Source: Amoebidium appalachense
Lineage: Eukaryota; Protista; Ichthyosporea
Reading direction: 5' to 3'
Assembly: GCA_963693365.1 (NCBI GenBank)
Contig: CAVNZM010000008.1
Coordinates: 5,046,310 to 5,110,309, forward strand
Length of the DNA: 64,000 nucleotides
Both the position numbers and the translations under genes were made by a program. The notes beneath the pieces are model-generated. The model worked only from the letters and a program-made list of their open reading frames with translations. It did no database searches and was not told where the DNA came from. Of this stretch, positions 60,811 through 64,000 are shown in pieces. Each line of letters opens with the position of its first letter. Position 1 is the stretch's first letter.

Positions 60811-61805
60811 CTCCATAATAAGAGTAATGTTTTAAATTTGTGAATATGGGGGGGGGGGGGGGGGGGGGGGGGCTCTATCCCACTAACATGATAATAATAG
60901 TATTGTTGTAAGTTTGCGAATATACAGACGGGGAAGAACTAGTTCAGTGACATGTTGCTTGTTAACACACGTGTGCCGTATTGTGTAACTGTCTTTCTCT
61001 ATCTGCCTGTTTGATTTCCCTCCCTTCTTTCGACATAAGCTGTTTCCATTGCTTCAACCCTGCTTCTTCACCCTCTTTATGGCTACTGTCTAGTGCCTGT
61101 GGGGGCCAGAGCACGTTGTAGAATGCACACCACCTCCTTCTGCTTAAAGACACATTGTGTGCTATCGGTTTTCGCAGTAGTGCTGCACAGCAACGGGGTG
61201 GGTGGTATGTTCATTTTATGTTTCTTTTCCTGGTATTTTCTGTTTCTTTTGGCACACATACACACTTACTCTCTCTCTACCTCTCCCTCTCTCCCTCCCC
61301 CCCCCCCCCCCCCCCTCCCCTCCCTCCCCTCCCCCGGGGATATTTGTACTTCGTAGCCTCTAACCCTTTCTATTCCCTCCCCCATCCCTCCCCCCCCTCC
61401 CCCCCCCCCCCCCCCTCCCTCCCTCCCTTTCTCCCTCCCTCCCTCCCTCCCTTACCTTTGGGGAATGTAGATATCTTCGGAATCTGCTGGTGTTAAAGCT
61501 TGTAGCTGATTGCAAGTGATGTGTATATAGCTAGCTAGATTGATCTTGGTACGTGTGTTGCTATTCCGTCAACGCTCACGGTACGTTTAACTGTGTATCT
61601 GAAGCCATACCATCACCCCACTAATCATCATGTTTGAATGCTGTTAATTGTGGTAGTGTTGTAGACGTGTGGCCCCCCCTGTGGGTTGGGTTTTTAAATG
61701 AAAATATTAAATGCGGCAGTTGCTGCCTGCAGGATGACACACTTACCTAGATCTCTTTAGAAGTGCGTAGACAACACGACACGGTGAGCTGTACACAGAT
61801 GCTGC

Positions 61806-61837
<32 letters not shown>

Positions 61838-61864
61838 CACACACATACACACAGCGTTTTGCCC

Positions 61865-61898
<34 letters not shown>

Positions 61899-62029
61899 TT
61901 CCTCCAACGCATCGAATTCGGAATGGCCCATATCAACATCACACACCGGCACCTAATTAATCGATTTCCAGCCACCTTCAGTCTACACCCAGTCTCAGAT
62001 ATATATATGTATATATATGTATGTGTGTG

Positions 62030-62064
<35 letters not shown>

Positions 62065-62075
62065 GTATGTATATG

Positions 62076-62134
<59 letters not shown>

Positions 62135-62698
62135 CGTTCCCACCACTCCGAGATTCATGATCACGTGCACAGCAACGTGCGGAACACACCCGCTAGTAGT
62201 TGCCGATCGATGCATATGATTGGTCATTGCCTTATGTCCACTAGGTCCTATGTGTAATGCATGACCGGCTCGTACTCCCTCCCCCCCCCCCCTCCCCCCT
62301 CCCCCCCTTCCTCCCCCCCCTTACAGGGGGGCCCACCACATATATGCACCAACCCCTCTTCTCCACCTTCAAGGATTTTTCACACTTATTCCACTGGCCA
62401 TGCATCTTTAGTTTTAAAATTTCCAATGTACGTTCAGAAATGGCCGGCCGGCTTTTTAAAGATACGACCGGATCCCTCTCGAGGTAGTGACACTACAGAA
62501 GATGCAGGCTGCAAAGAAAGAGTTCAGACCCCCCCCCCCCCCCCCCCCCCCCCACCACCCACCCAACCCACCCAAATAAACACACCCAATATTTTTTCTT
62601 ACTGTAGACACAAATATGCCCAGGCATTCACACGACCATACAGTGTGTTTCCTGCTTACGGCACTTTCCGGAGTCGGAGTCGGAGTCGGAGGAGGGGA

Positions 62699-62732
<34 letters not shown>

Positions 62733-63033
62733 GGGGGGGGGGGGGGGGACTAACGGTATACAGTGCAAATCGCCAGAGAGGCCAAAACCGATTGTGAGGT
62801 ATCAAAGCCTCTACAAGTATCTGTGGGAAGAGGGGTAATGGGGGAGGGGAGGAGAGAGTGAGAGAGTGAACGAGATACAAACAGAGAGAAATACGTAGAG
62901 GGAGAGGAAGAGAGAGAGTGAGAGCCTCGGAGAGAGAGAGAGAGAGAGAGAGAGCAAGAGAGAGTGAGTGAGTGAGTGAGAGTCGGAGACAGAGAGCCTG
63001 AAAGAGAGTGAGAGAGAGGGGCAAGGGGGGGCA

Positions 63034-63064
<31 letters not shown>

Positions 63065-63144
63065 GGGGTAAGGGAGGCATATACATGTGCATGTTAATGA
63101 CAGGGACAGGAGAGTGTGGAGGGGGGGGGAGGGGGGAGGGGAGG

Positions 63145-63495
63145 GGGGGATGTGTGCATGAGTTGGTGGGGAAGGGGGGAAGGGGGGTAGGGGAGGGGGC
63201 ACGGTGCATGAGTGGGGCAACGGGGGAGGGGGAGGGGGGTGGGGTCGAAGGTGTGCAGATCGAGTGGGAGGGAAGAGGGGAATGTGTGCATGAGTGAGGG
63301 GGGGCAGGGGGAAAGGCGGGTGTGCACGAGTTGGGGAGGGGGAGGAAAGCGGGGGGGGTGCACGAGTTGGGGAGGGGAGGGGGGGGATGTGTGCATGAGT
63401 GGGGGGGGAGGGGAGGGGGGGGGGGGGGGGGGGGGGGGAGGTGTATGCATGAGTTGGGGGAGGGAAGGGGAGGGGGGATGTGTGTGCATGAGTGC
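63145..63495. repeat. G-rich minisatellite, unit ~GnATGTGTGCA(T/C)GAGT(T)GGG
   Basis: About 8-10 copies of TGCA(T/C)GAGT separated by G-runs. Confidence 0.75.
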
Positions 63496-64000
63496 CAGTG
63501 GTGGGGGGGGGGGGGGGGGGGGGGGGGGAGGGGACTGAGGTCGGGATATGTGTATCGATATCTAGGGTATGTTACATGCATGTAAATGAGAGATGTGATT
63601 CATGCACCTAAACTTAGCGAAGAAAAAAATCTTAAACATCGCTGTTGAGGGCATCCAATTGCACAAACCAAAAGATTTGGCAGTGCCCATTGTGGCGCGC
63701 CCGCGCGCACGTGCACATTTTTTTTATTTTTTTTATCCCGTTTCACTCCCGGCGAGGCACTGCCTCAGGGGAGCTTACCGTCTTCCGCCTAGACACCAAG
63801 GCCTCCTTATAGATAAGGAGGATAAGGAGGCCTTGCTAGACACAGATCGTACACATGATAGCACACTCTAAGTCAGGATTCTAAATGACCCCAACTGCCA
63901 CTATTTTTAGTTACGCCTTATCCCACGGTTCTAGCCGGAGCAACGCTAACGCTAGTGGGGAAGTGAGCACAGCTCACTTTAACAACACCAGCACGGACAC

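Overview
Eukaryotic, intron-rich genomic DNA packed with (CA)n, (GA)n and long poly-C/poly-G tracts; most ORFs in the supplied track are microsatellite artefacts. Gene content suggests a non-animal opisthokont, possibly a unicellular holozoan (inference only). Genes reconstructed by hand: RPL34 (minus, last exon not found in the window), a 12-exon CSL/Su(H)/RBPJ transcription factor (+), a multi-exon S9 serine peptidase (+), an intronless cyclin Y-like gene (-), V-ATPase subunit F (-) and an intronless SAND-like/coiled-coil gene (+). Two mobile systems stand out. (1) A tyrosine-recombinase retroelement (~19.0-23.8 kb) has RT-RNase H and YR but no recognisable gag. Removing one base would fuse RT-RH and YR into one ORF, and its ends fit neither the DIRS nor the Ngaro/PAT repeat layout but coincide with the terminus of a 594-bp TIR element. 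(2) A non-coding repeat family occurs at 8 sites, all intronic and all sense to the host gene. It has variable 5' ends, a fixed 3' end running into C-tracts, a 453-bp head-to-tail array, and a conserved fold with compensatory changes and a pseudoknot between two subfamilies, making it a candidate undescribed structured retro-RNA or ribozyme. Several MITEs, a splice-donor minisatellite and unusual (AC)n-AG acceptors are also present. All assignments come from motif recognition by eye; no searches were run.
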